Assembly (NCBI GenBank): GCA_047967505.1
Contig: CM106538.1
Direction: 5' to 3' (one strand)
Origin: Dipteris shenzhenensis
Lineage: Eukaryota
Length of the DNA stretch: 64,000 nt
Of the stretch, positions 24,419 through 35,921 are shown in pieces. Both the position numbers and the translations under genes were made by a program. The stretch's first letter is position 1; each line of letters starts with the position of its first letter. Under the pieces are notes generated by a model. That model had not been told where the DNA came from. It was given only the letters and a program-made list of their open reading frames with translations, and ran no database searches.

Positions 24419-27400
24419 GCAACCAGCCTGTGTGCTGGTCGCCTATATCTGCCATGCTATCCTCCCTCTGGTTCTGGCCTGAGTCTCTCTCGCAGCCCTC
24501 CTACCTCTCAGTGCCCCTTGTCCCCTCAAATCGGGGGCTCACAGGTGGGCACAGTGAGAATCTAACACCCCCCCTCAATGTCACAAGTGTGGGCCAATCC
24601 CCATACGTCTGATGAAGTGCTCCATCTGTTCTCAAGGGAGTGCCTTCATGAAGAGGTCGGACAAGTTATCGGCGATCGAGTTGTACATGAGCTCGATCAC
24701 GTCGTCAATGATGAGCTCTCGAACAAAGTAGTAATGAACTTCGATGTGCTTGGTCCGCGCATGGTACATTGGATTCTTGGCAATGGCTTTGCAACTCTGA
24801 TTGTCACACATCAGCACTATTGCATCCTCCTAACACACGTCCATGTCTTCCAGAATCCATCTCAACCACAGTGTCTCACAAGCTGCTGTACACGAGGCTT
24901 TATACTCTGCCTCTGTAGATCAAAGGGCCACTGTGGGTTGCTTCTTACTCAGCCAAGAAATGGCACCAGATGCAAGTAAGAAGCAATACCCTATTGTTGA
25001 TCTTGTGGTGTCAGCATCACCCGTCCAATCACTGTCACAGAACCTGCCTAGTTCGATGCCTTTGGTATAGGTGATCGATCCCGTAGGTGCAAGTACCCTT
25101 TAGATACATTACCACCCGTAAACCTACATCCCAATGACTCTTCCTGGGAGATGCAGAGAACTGGCATAATGGCCCAACTACATAACAAATATCAGGTCAA
25201 GTATTGGTAAGGTAAAGCAAGCTTCCTACCAATCGTCGGTACAAAGGAGTATCGACCGGCTGAGATGTGTCATGAACACTTAGCTTGAGCCCGACCTCCA
25301 TGGGAGTTACTGCTGTCCTGCTATCCTCCATCTGAAATCTCTTCAGAAGTTCTCTACAATATTTCTCCTATGAAATGAAGATCCTATCTTTGGCCTACTT
25401 TACTTCTATCCCAAGGAAGTAGTGTAATAACCCAAGGTCAGTCATCTCAAACTCAGACATGCGTAGCTCCTTGACCTGGGAAATCTTCTTGACATGGTCA
25501 CCTTTCAAGATAAGATCATCAACATAGAGGACGAGTACCAATCGCAACCCCTTCTCAATGAACAAGTAGAGGTTTGCCTCAGAAGGACTCCGACTTAGCC
25601 CTATCTTCTTAAAGAATACATCTATCCTTTGGTACCAAGCTCTAGGGACCTGTTTCAGCCCGTATAACACCTTCTTCAACCTGCAGACCTTTAATGGGGA
25701 CCCTGGATCTTGAAAGCCCTGTGGCTGCTCGACGTACATCTCCTCCTCCAGGGTTCCATTAAGGAATGCGGACTTCACGTCCATTTGAAAAATAGGCCAA
25801 TGGAATTGGGCTGCAAGGGCAATCACTGTCCGGATAGTAACCATGCGAGCTGTGGGAGCAAAAGTTTCATCAAAATCCATGCCTTCAGTCTGAGCAAAAC
25901 CTTTGACCACTAACCTTGCTTTGTACTTATCCAAGCTGCCGTCTAATTTGTATATAAGTTTGTATACCCACTTAGTGCTGATGACTTTCCGTCGCAGGGG
26001 CCTGGCCACTAAGTCCCAAGTATTGTTCTTCAGGATAGCATCCATCTCTGCCTGCATGGCAGCCTACCATTCTAGACTGTCCTTCACCTCCTCGAAGGTC
26101 CTTGGCTCTTCAAGCTGAGCCACCAACGCAAAGTTCACGGATGGGGTCTTCTTAAGACGTTGGGACCGACGCAATCCGAAACTGCTACTCTCACGTATAT
26201 CGGTGACCCGAGAGTCTTCCAATGTTCATAGGTACCATTGGGGCAACCTCTTCTGCTTCTCAGTGAAAGGAGGAATTGGAACTACTGCTGAAACATCCTG
26301 CTCTTCCTCAGTACCTTGTAGAACATCAGCTTCGATTTCGCCACCTCTTGGATGGTCAACCTGCGGCAGGGTCAGTTCGGGGGTTGAACAATCTCCTCCT
26401 ACTCAATCTGAGGCTCCTCCTGGGGTGCAGGTTTCTTTTCCTCGAAGATGACATCCCGACTGATAACAATCTGCTTCTTTACTAGGTCAAAGAGTCGATA
26501 GGCCTTGGATTCTTCGCTATACCCAACAAAGATACATTTTCTGCTCCGGGAATCAAGCTTGGTCCTATCTTCCTTATGCACATGCACCCATGCGTTAGAA
26601 CCAAAAATGCGAAGATGAGTGATGGAGGGCTTCTTACCATAAAATGCCTCATATGGAGTCTTGTTCTTGACGGCCTTCGTCATGGTCCTATTGAGGATGT
26701 GTACTGCTATATTTACAGCTTCACTCCAATAGGCTTTAGAAAGGTTCCTCCCTCGTAACATAGCAAGCCCTGTCTCCGTGGTGGTTCTGTGCTTTCTCTC
26801 GGCTACCCTGTTCTGCTCAGATGTATGTGCTGTGGTGAGTTGTCGCTTGATCCCATGCTTGCGACAAAATGTGTTGAACTCATTGGAAGTGAATTCTCCC
26901 CCCCTGTCTGTACGGAACATCTTTACATTCTCCCCTGTCTCCTTTTCAACTATGGCCTTCTAGTCCTTGAATTTCTCGAAAGCCTGTGACTTCTTAGCCA
27001 AGCAATACACCCACATCATTCTACTGAATGCAAATCAATTCCATGAGCTAACGTTTGTTTATTTCTTGGTGCAGTGTAGTTATTTGTACCTGGAGCCTAC
27101 CCATGATGCTATAGACATTGGACCACAAATGTCGGCATGAACCAACTCAAGTCGTTTGCTGGCCCGAAACGAGGCCTCGTGTGCGAACTTGTCCCTGTGC
27201 TGCTTGCCTTCTAGACAAGCCCAACAGACACCATCCTTCCCTGTAATGGGTGGAAGTCCATCCACCATCTTCGACTTTGACATTTCAGCCAAGGTTCCAT
27301 AGCTGACGTGACCGAAGCGCTCATGCCAAAGTTTGGACTTTCCGTTGTCTTCATGAACCAACATTGCACTGAGGCAGTACAGTCCGTTTTCTTCGTCTCC

Positions 27401-30154
27401 TTGGGTCACCATCTATCCATTGGCCTTGGATGTCATGGTGACCTTGCCATCCTCAAAGAGAACTGACATCTTGTTCTTGTCCATCTAACTTACAGACAGT
27501 AAGTTCTTGCAAAGGTTGGGTACATAAAGTACTCCAGATATATCCTTCTCCTCACCCGCGGTCGTAATGAAAGGAATGCCACCAATGCCCTTCACAGGAC
27601 ATGTCCGACTATCCCCAACAGAAACTTTGGAATCCAGGTATGTACTTTGCATGGTTTTGAACCAAGTCTTTCTGTTAGACATGTGCTTTGAAGCTCCGCT
27701 ATCAACATACCAACCCTCTTTTCCCTCACTGACTGCATACGCTGAGCAATGTTCACTATCGTTCTTAGGCTCTTCTTTGATCCTGGCTTCTCTCTTCCTC
27801 TTCTGATCCGCCTTCTTCTTTTGGCATTCTTTGGCGGAGTGGCCAAGCTTTTCACAATAAAAGCACTTCATTTTCTTCTTTCGGTCAGCGTCCTCCAACT
27901 TCTTGAACTCCTTTGGCTTGCCTTTTCCAGGCTTGTCTTTGGCCACTAATGCCTTCTCGTCACTTTGCGTAAAGAGTTTCTCTCGAGCCTCCTCCTGAAG
28001 CAGGAGTGGGCCAAGCTCCTCAAAGGTGATTGGCTTAGTCCGTTGACCCGCAGTGACCGTAGTCACAAAACTTTTGAAACTCCGTTGCAACTTGTGGAGT
28101 GTGAGCAACGCCAATTGGCTCAAGTCCACCTTTTGACCAACCGTTGTGAGCTGGTCCCGCACGATGTTTACCTTTGTCAGATGGTCATGCACACTATCAC
28201 CCTTGTTCATATCAAGACTATAAAGTTGATGCTGAAGAGTAACGATACGGGCTGTATTGTCGGTTTCATACAGCTCCTTCAGTATGGCCCACGCCTCTGA
28301 AGACCTCTCTGCCAACTGGATGTGAGGGATCACAGCATCTGCTGTCGTGCCGATTAGCATTGCTAAGGCTTGAGCATCCCTCTCTTCCCATGCACTGAGT
28401 TCATCCGCATCTGCTTCAAATAGAACCTCACCTCTTTTGTCCACAATGTCCTCCGGCTTCTCCTCGGTCCCAATCACCATCTTCCACAGCTTCTGTGCCA
28501 ACAGATGGCTTCAGATCTTGACTTTCCAGATTGGATAGTTCGTCCCATCGAGCTTTCCAGCTTCACCAAAATTGGGAATGAATGAAGAAGGAAGATGACT
28601 GGAGAAGGAGGAAGGACGAGCAGTGGGTGTAGAGGCTTCTGAACGCTGATCCATCTCGGTGAATAGCAAACTGAAAAACTGAAGCAAAAAAGATGTACTG
28701 ACCTCCCGTGCTAGCCTGAGCTGAAAACAGAATCGCCTTTCTGCCAAGGGACTGTGTGATTTGTGTAGAAGTTGGAAGAGTTGGCCATGGAGTGCACAGA
28801 CTTCATGGGCTAGATGCAAATCTCTTTGTTAGTATCTGGGACCATTGGACCAACAACAGATATCATCCCTTTAGACCATCTTTTGGAGGATGGCCAGTGA
28901 GTATTATCAACCTCAGTGTGGTTACAAACCACCAAGCATGAGAAAATGCATGGGTCACACACTAAACGAGCAAGCTAAGAATAAAGGGGTCTACATTTAT
29001 TAGCACTGGCTCATTAGTGTCAGTGGAATTGGAAGGCATTTGGACGTGTTTGGACCAAGTATTGTAAAATCTATGTATTATTTTGATTTTTTGGAAATAC
29101 CAAACTGGAGTCTCTTTTTGGCTCTGATACCATGTTGGAAATGAAGAGGGAATGAATCACTCAATCCTCCTCCCAAGATCTCTCCAACTCTCACACACTC
29201 AACTCAGATAGATGACCACAGATGCAACAGATACATACTCAGAAATAACAGCAAGATTAGATGGAGAGAGAAAGTATATTCATCCACCGGATGGTGGGCA
29301 GAAAATGGCTCCAAGAGAGCAGTACAAAACACAGCAGGGTGCTGGAGAAAACTGATGAACTCTCTCTCACAAACTGACCCAGATCTGAGTGCTTAACACT
29401 GCCTTGGAGAAGGCTTTCTGTAATGCACTGGATGCTGGGAATGGAGAAGTGGGCTTTTTATAGGCACTGCCCAGGCCCCTTCAGATGACCGACCAGTAGG
29501 GTCAGTACCCTGTCTGGTGGCCGACCATATGGGCCCCATTAAACTGACCAGGGTTGGCCCTTGTCACTGGCCCTGGTTGGGTCGACTTGGCCTGCCACAG
29601 GCCCCTATATAAGGGTGCCCTGGGCAGCCAGTCTGCGCTACTGCAGGAGCCTCCATGTGAGGCCTAAAGCCCCCTTTTACCTGCTGTTGCAGGCTGCGAT
29701 CCGCCCGTGTGCTGGTCGCCAATATCTACCATGCTATCCTCCCTCTGGTTCTGGCCTGACTCTCTCTCCCAGCCCTCCTACCTCTCACTGCCCCTTGTCC
29801 CCTCAAATCGGGGGCTCACAGGTGGGCACAGTGAGAATCTAACATACAGAGACAGGAGCAGAGCCCTCTCGTAGACTCTTCTCAGACTATGATCACTGAG
29901 TTTTCCATCCGGGCCATACCAACTCTCACCCCACGGGCCTTCGGCACGATCGTGACCCAAAGCCAGTGACGCGACAAATCCGACAGAGGACAAATCCATA
30001 GATTACACTTGGAGACATCCCCTCCTTGTTCAGACTTGAAGCGCGACCGACAAGGGTCACCATAGCCCTTGTCAGATGCAGAGTCATGGCCAAGATACCG
30101 CACTGGATAGCGTCCACAGCCAACCGGCAGCATTCCATCTCTGACTTCATGCTA

Positions 30155-32335
30155 CCTCTCCCCATCATCCTAGAGATCATGATTCGGGGGTTCATGAGTC
30201 TATATGAGTCTGTCAGAGGGAGGATACGTGCCCCAAGAGGCATGTCAAACTGGGTTGAGAGCACTATCGGAGTAAAACAAGGCCGCCCCCTACTGCCTAC
30301 CCTTTTCGGGCTCTATATTGATGAGATCACTTCTTTTGTCGATAGCCTGGGTGGAGAGGGCTCGCTTCTGGCTGACCTGATGGTGCAAGTATTGTTGTAC
30401 GCCGATGACATAGCCCTCATATCTTCCTCAACAGAGGGACTGCAGAAACATCTAGAGGCTCTGGAGATGTTCTGCACACAGAGAGATTTGACTGTTAACC
30501 TTGGCATCAACATAGCTTCACATACCATAACGAGCAGTGTCCCATCAACATAGCTTCACATACCATAACGAGCCTGTGGAGATAGTGCAATCTTACACAT
30601 ATTTGGGGGTAGTGTTCACCGGACCAGGTTTCACGATGATCCATGAAGGTACGGCACGACTCACACGAGGACGGGGCGGCCCGACTAGAGAGGCGATGCT
30701 TCCAGGCACACTTCCAAGACCCTCTGACAAAGGGTTGGCTTTTTGACACACTGGTGAGACCGATTGCCATGTATGCAGCACCCTTCTGGGGGAGTGATAT
30801 TTCAGCGACAGAGTTGAGGAGATTTGAGAGGCTACAAGTGACTATGGGATCCACGATGATTCGGAGTAAACCCTCAATCCCCCACCAGATTATATAGGCA
30901 CAGTTCGCCATGACCCCTCTCCAAGTTGATGCCATCTTTCAGATAGTGACGTTCCTCCACAGAGTCTGAGCCTTACCCCTGTGGAGATTACCGAGGCTAG
31001 CATTAGAGTCCTCCAGGCGACTAGCAGAGAGCGGTGTTGATATGGCATGGTATGCACGGATATCCACGTGGTTTGGTAGTCACGGCATTCAGATGGATAG
31101 ACTTCCCCCTTTTCAGTAGTCTGGATGCACCACCCGAGATGATCCCACGAGATGAGATCAACCGTATCATTCGGTTGGACCTCCTCCAGCAGCTCCATAC
31201 ATCTAGGACTTGGGGGGGAGAGGAGTTCTCCACCAAGATCCAATTCTACCATGACCACTTCCTGAGGGTCTCAGAGCACGATCTTGTCATCAGACCTTAG
31301 TATCTCGAGGACACGAGAGTCTCACATGCACTGAGGGTCGCCATCGGTCAGTCTCATCACATCAGCTACGGATTGAGGTTGGGAGAGCTGTAGGCATACC
31401 AAGAGAGAAAAGGACTTGCACACTACGCCAAATGGAGGAGATCGAGACAGAGGAGCATTTTCTATGTGTCTGCCCAATCTATTATGAGATACGAGGACGA
31501 TACCATTGCCTCTTTCAGGAGAGGCATGGCTTTGGTCCACTTACACGGCTGATCCATTTTCACGATCAGGTCTGCGTTGGGATCTCCCTGATTGAGATGC
31601 GTCGAAGGAGAGACACATTGATGCAATAGATTTGAGAGCAACAGAGACTGATGCCACAGGTCACAGAATTTTTTTACAGACTTCTATGCATCTACGTCAA
31701 CTGCCAATGAGTCTGAGGGAGAGGAGCTTGAGGAGATGAGAGCCAGACGTGATAATGCATTGAAGATTAGAGCGGGGGGCCTCCCTAAAGGATGCTTCAA
31801 AGATGATGACTCTTTCACTGAGACTTTAGCACATGTCAAAGCAGCCATGCCTAATATTGAATGGAAGGTTGATGATGATGATGATGATGACGAGGCAACT
31901 AATATCCGGCACTCCAAAGGACATGCTATTCTTACACTTAAGTCACGAGATTTACGGATCAAGCTTCTTCAACAATCTTACAAGTTGAAAGGGACCAAGC
32001 TATGGATAGCTGAGGAACTTACACGAGCTCAATTGAAGAACAAGGCAATGGAATTACCTAAAGTCAGGGCTGCTAGGAAGGGTGGAAAATAGGCAGTTTA
32101 TCGTGAAGGCATAGCACTAATCAAAGAGTTTAAATCCAAACCAAAAGACTCTCAGTCTTAAACTGATGTATGGCTGATTACTTTTTCAGACTATGATGTA
32201 GGTATTCTAAAAAATTGGGGTTGCTTTTGCACTCCCTGGGAGCTGCCATGTGCCCTCCCTAAAGCAAATGTACTAGATGGTTTTTTGCTGTCCCATAGAC
32301 CTGTTGGTCTCCCGTGGACATTAATGGACTTTCTT

Positions 32336-32396
<61 letters not shown>

Positions 32397-32520
32397 GACT
32401 GAGACGCACGGCACCCCTTGACGGGCACCAACGTCCCATCACCGGCTATGCACCAGCCAAGGGGACATGACATACGGAGGATTCCGCTCTGCTCCAGTCC
32501 CTTTCTTTTCATTGTTACAT
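30155..32520 (+). mobile_element. 5'-truncated RTEX-like LINE (RT-CCHC), interrupted at 31751-32392
   Basis: GVKQGRPLLPTLFGLYIDE, QVLLYADD, IETEEHFLCVCPIYYEIRGRYH. The C-terminal extension resumes after 32392 (RRLRRT..QRPIT). Internal 31-bp duplication at about 30505-30573. Confidence 0.85.
31751..32392 (+). mobile_element. ORF1-only non-autonomous retroposon (5'-truncated) with LINE-type 3' stem-loop and (CT)n tail
   Basis: KIRAGGLP..HAILTLKS..KLKGTKLWIAEELT..ARKGGK*AVYREG..(TAA 32159-61) resembles a LINE ORF1 RRM-CTD. About 130 nt later come the shared stem-loop (32290-32319) and the tail. No APE or RT in between. Confidence 0.65.
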
Positions 32521-33619
32521 CCAGATCTATTTGATTATGTATGATCAGACTTAGGATTCAGCACGGGTGATGATGCTTGTTAGAGTAGCTCCACCCTTAC
32601 TGTGATTTGTATCAGGTTTTCTTTCAGTCTCATAGACCCATCGGTCTTCCATGACTCTAATAAAATTTATTTCTTTCTTTTCTTTCTCAAACAAGGCATT
32701 GACCAAATGGAAGGAATGGAAATGAGCATGGATTAAAAAGCATATTTGAAGAAAAGAAGACAAGAACAAAAGGATGCAAGTACGGCATGCCAAGTTGCAT
32801 TGGAGGAATGTTAAGACCAAGTCAAAATTCAAATGAGAATGGTTTGGAAGGCTAAGCTAAAAAGACTCTCAGCAACAAACGTAATCCTCAAACAAGAAAT
32901 GAAAGGTATCTAAGCACAAGAACGTAACAAAATTGGAACTCGTATGTCAAATAAGTCCGTGAAGTCAAAGCTTAAGTATGCAACTGAGAGGAACGCTATA
33001 CCTACAATGCAAGAGGGAAGGTGGTGGGAAATTTTTCCTCTCCGTAGAAAGGGAAATTGAGAGGACCCCGAGCAATTAAACAAAGGCACATAAAAAACAA
33101 CAAGAGGTTGTCCTTTCTCACGCAAGAAAAGTCAAAGGAGATGCAACCAAAAGTAGGCACTCAAGCCAAAGAGGCCTCCTTCTAGGTTGCAACAAAAAAA
33201 GGCGTTACTCAGCACCATGTGTGATACTATCTAGGAATAGGGCCAACCAACTTCAAAAGCAAGAGTATATAGGTTAGAGGGGCCATGAATAGCACCTAAC
33301 CTAAGGAGACAACTATCCCTTTTGTATCTCAGTGGTTGAGGGAAGTAGGCAAATGACAAATTTCAGTCATCTATTTCCAAACCATTAAGAGTAGACAAGC
33401 AGCCCATAGGAGGCCCTTCACTGATTTTCCTAATTTATCCATGTGCATAAGGCTAGGCAATAGCTTAAGAAGAAGATTTCTCACAAAGACTGAGAAGTCT
33501 CATGTGAGGTCTTGAGTTTTAGATGCATTCCTAGAGGCCAGTACAGTATCTAGGATGCCAAATTGGGACAGACATCATAGGTAGCAGCAGGTCCTAAGAG
33601 AGTTTGCTATAATCTTTTG

Positions 33620-34500
33620 TATTGCAGCTCAACCAAAATCTCTCTCTTACACATAGAGCTTTGTGGTGACCCTGGTGGTCAACCACTTGATACATTGCAT
33701 CATGTTGGTGCTTTCATAGAGAATGCATGGGCAGCTTTGGCAACTAGCTTTGCAATGTCTTGTGACCTGTGTCACATGGTACACATGACAACAAAGATGC
33801 AGTGAATCTTGAAACGATGATCCTTCCCAAAATAGAGGGGGCTGGGCACCATCGACCTAACAATGCAAAGCAGAACATTATTTGGCAAGCTCATTTGTAG
33901 AAGTGTCACTCTAGCATCTAAGGTTAAGAAGCATCTATTACCACATGGACTCATCAGAGACCCTCCTAGGCATGGGCACCCTGGCAGCATCCTCACACAT
34001 GGATCTCCCCTTACTAATGAGGGTTTGCAGGGACCTTCGTACAAGTCTCATTCAATCTATCCCTTGGTGCAGAGCAGAGCTCATTTAGCATCCAAAGGTT
34101 CGAGACAAAGAAGCAACTGCTCATTTGGCTTCCCAAGGTTCGAGAGATATGCTAGGGTCCTGCATGGACATCGCTTGGGCATAGTGGGATAGCGGCCTAA
34201 CCAGATCCTTGGGATCATAGAACAAACTTGCAAAGTTATCAACAAGAGCAATCAGCAGTTTTCACACGTGAAAGGAGCAGGTCAACAGATTGCTAACCGC
34301 TTGGCGGGAGTGCTTGTGTCATCCACATGAGGATCTACCGGCTCGTTGGCATGGGCGATTCTTCACAAGCAGAATCCCCCTCGAGACAAATACAACTACA
34401 ATTGAGATCCCTTCCTTTGAAGTTGACCATATGCCATGGTGCTATTGACTTCTAGACACTATCAATGATTGCAATCAAGCCTTGCTCTCATGATATAACT
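33620..34500 (+). mobile_element. Decayed L1 ORF2 post-RT fragment
   Basis: FPK*RGLGTIDLTMQSRTLFGKLICRS, typical of L1 ORF2 after the RT domain. Confidence 0.5.
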
Positions 34501-34634
34501 CATACCTTTGAAGAAATGGTGAGCCCGTGGTCAAGGCCCTAGTTCAAATATCTCTAAGTTCATTCAAATAACCAAGAATCAGGATCTTGGTTCTTTCACA
34601 AGTGCCAGCATCCTTATGCAAAGGTTGCATGCAA

Positions 34635-34673
<39 letters not shown>

Positions 34674-35126
34674 GTATGAATTAAAGAAAGAATTTACAGA
34701 ATAAATGAATTATTTAAAGCATACAAAACTAAAGGAACCACTTACACTTATGTATTGCTTCCTACAAAGATGCAAAATTATGTTCCTAACTTAGAAAGCA
34801 CATGAACACTCAATTAAACTCTCTTTTGAAACTAAAAGAAAAACGGGGTGTTCAGCTCCCCGCTTTTTGTTTTCAGTTTATGTTCAATTATTCTAAGCAT
34901 GCCTAAGGCTGATACACCGTAGATAAAAGACTTCATATCTAAGATTGTGAGTACTTCTTTCAAAGCAATCTCTACCTATATGTTGGCAGACACAATCTAT
35001 ACACATGATATTATAATTAACCCACCATAGGCTCCACGATTCACCTCTCCAATTATATTAAGTAGAAAACATGGTTCATTTTAAGGTATTTGTTGCAGCC
35101 AATAGAATTCCCTGGGGCAATTTTAC

Positions 35127-35188
35127 CGGATAGGAAGAGAACCCAAAATGGCACCGCTGCAGTTCAAAGCTGCCATTGCACTTTCAGC
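35127..35188 (-). CDS. CID: CID-family gene exon 9 (AESAMAALNCSGAILGSLPIR)
   Basis: AG/GT bounded, in phase with exon 8, and completes RRM2. Confidence 0.92.
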
Positions 35189-35921
35189 CTGCAATTACCC
35201 CAGTTATATTAGAACAAGACAATCTTACTCCATTTTATTGAAATTTTTGTAACAAAGCCACTGCCGACAATGGTACAAAGCACAATGGAAACAAAGCAGC
35301 TAAAGGCGACCAGTCATGAAGTACACAACTACAAACACTAGACTTATTAACCTTGTAAATGTTCACACACATAAGAACAAAGATTTAGTTCCTAAAGCAC
35401 GAAATCAAGGCTGTTATCACTACAAACAGTAAACCTTTGAAACAAAGTCAGTGCAAACCTCGAAAGCACTGAAATCAACGGTATTGTCACTAGCAAGATG
35501 TAAAATGTATTCTACCCAATACACTGCAGTTACGACTGACATAAAGATTGCAGCACACAGTGGTACATTTTTTGCAAATCTTTGGGTATTTGTAGAATTA
35601 TTCAGAATTCGAATTGCTTGTCAGCGATACCTACACCAATATTAATATGTTGTAGCATTTTATACGTCTTGAATTTTGAGTCAAACTCAGCTTAAAAAAG
35701 CATGTGTGCAATATAGCACAATCGTTTTATAATTTACCGCTACAAAAGGCTAATTGTTTAGGTGGCACCTTATGTTGTCACATTATGACAATTAAGGGCA
35801 AGGCAGTGCGATTGCACTTCTTAATTGGGTACCAATGACTATCTTTAGGGAAGTCAAACACTGCATTTTTGTGTGTATTTGGGATTTCATTTAACTGCAT
35901 TGTCAACCCAGCATCTCTTAA

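Larger units (their letters stand above)
17292..29844 (-). mobile_element. Full-length degenerate Ty1/copia C1 (5' LTR 29133-29844; 3' LTR 17292-24566 split by a gypsy)
   Basis: Matching ~710-bp LTRs, PBS-iMet 29121-29132, PPT 24567-24576, TSD CACAG/TACAG. Gag, knuckle CFYCEKLGHSAKEC, protease WYVDSGAS, integrase RTDRGGEF, RT LYVDDLI, RNase H. Confidence 0.95.
15545..30150 (+). mobile_element. RTEX-like LINE (RT + CCHC region 15545-17291, resuming 29850-~30150) split by copia C1
   Basis: CCFVDFCKAFD, GVKQGCPLS, QILLYEND, GQFRVSSHRVHI..ICTLCHL..EHFIYQCP. Interrupted at the CACAG/TACAG TSD. Confidence 0.75.

Noticed and set aside
29351-29362. CTGATGA hammerhead-like core (also at ~24609, 41353, 51494)
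   Set aside because: No matching GAAA core with flanking stems seen; these lie in LTR or coding sequence
34640-34671. (CT)n here and (AG)n at 58052-58089 as further LINE tails
   Set aside because: No adjacent stem-loop or LINE sequence; treated as plain microsatellites
35449-35863. CAGTG...CACTG-bounded segment as a possible MITE
   Set aside because: Only a 5-bp inverted match and no TSD
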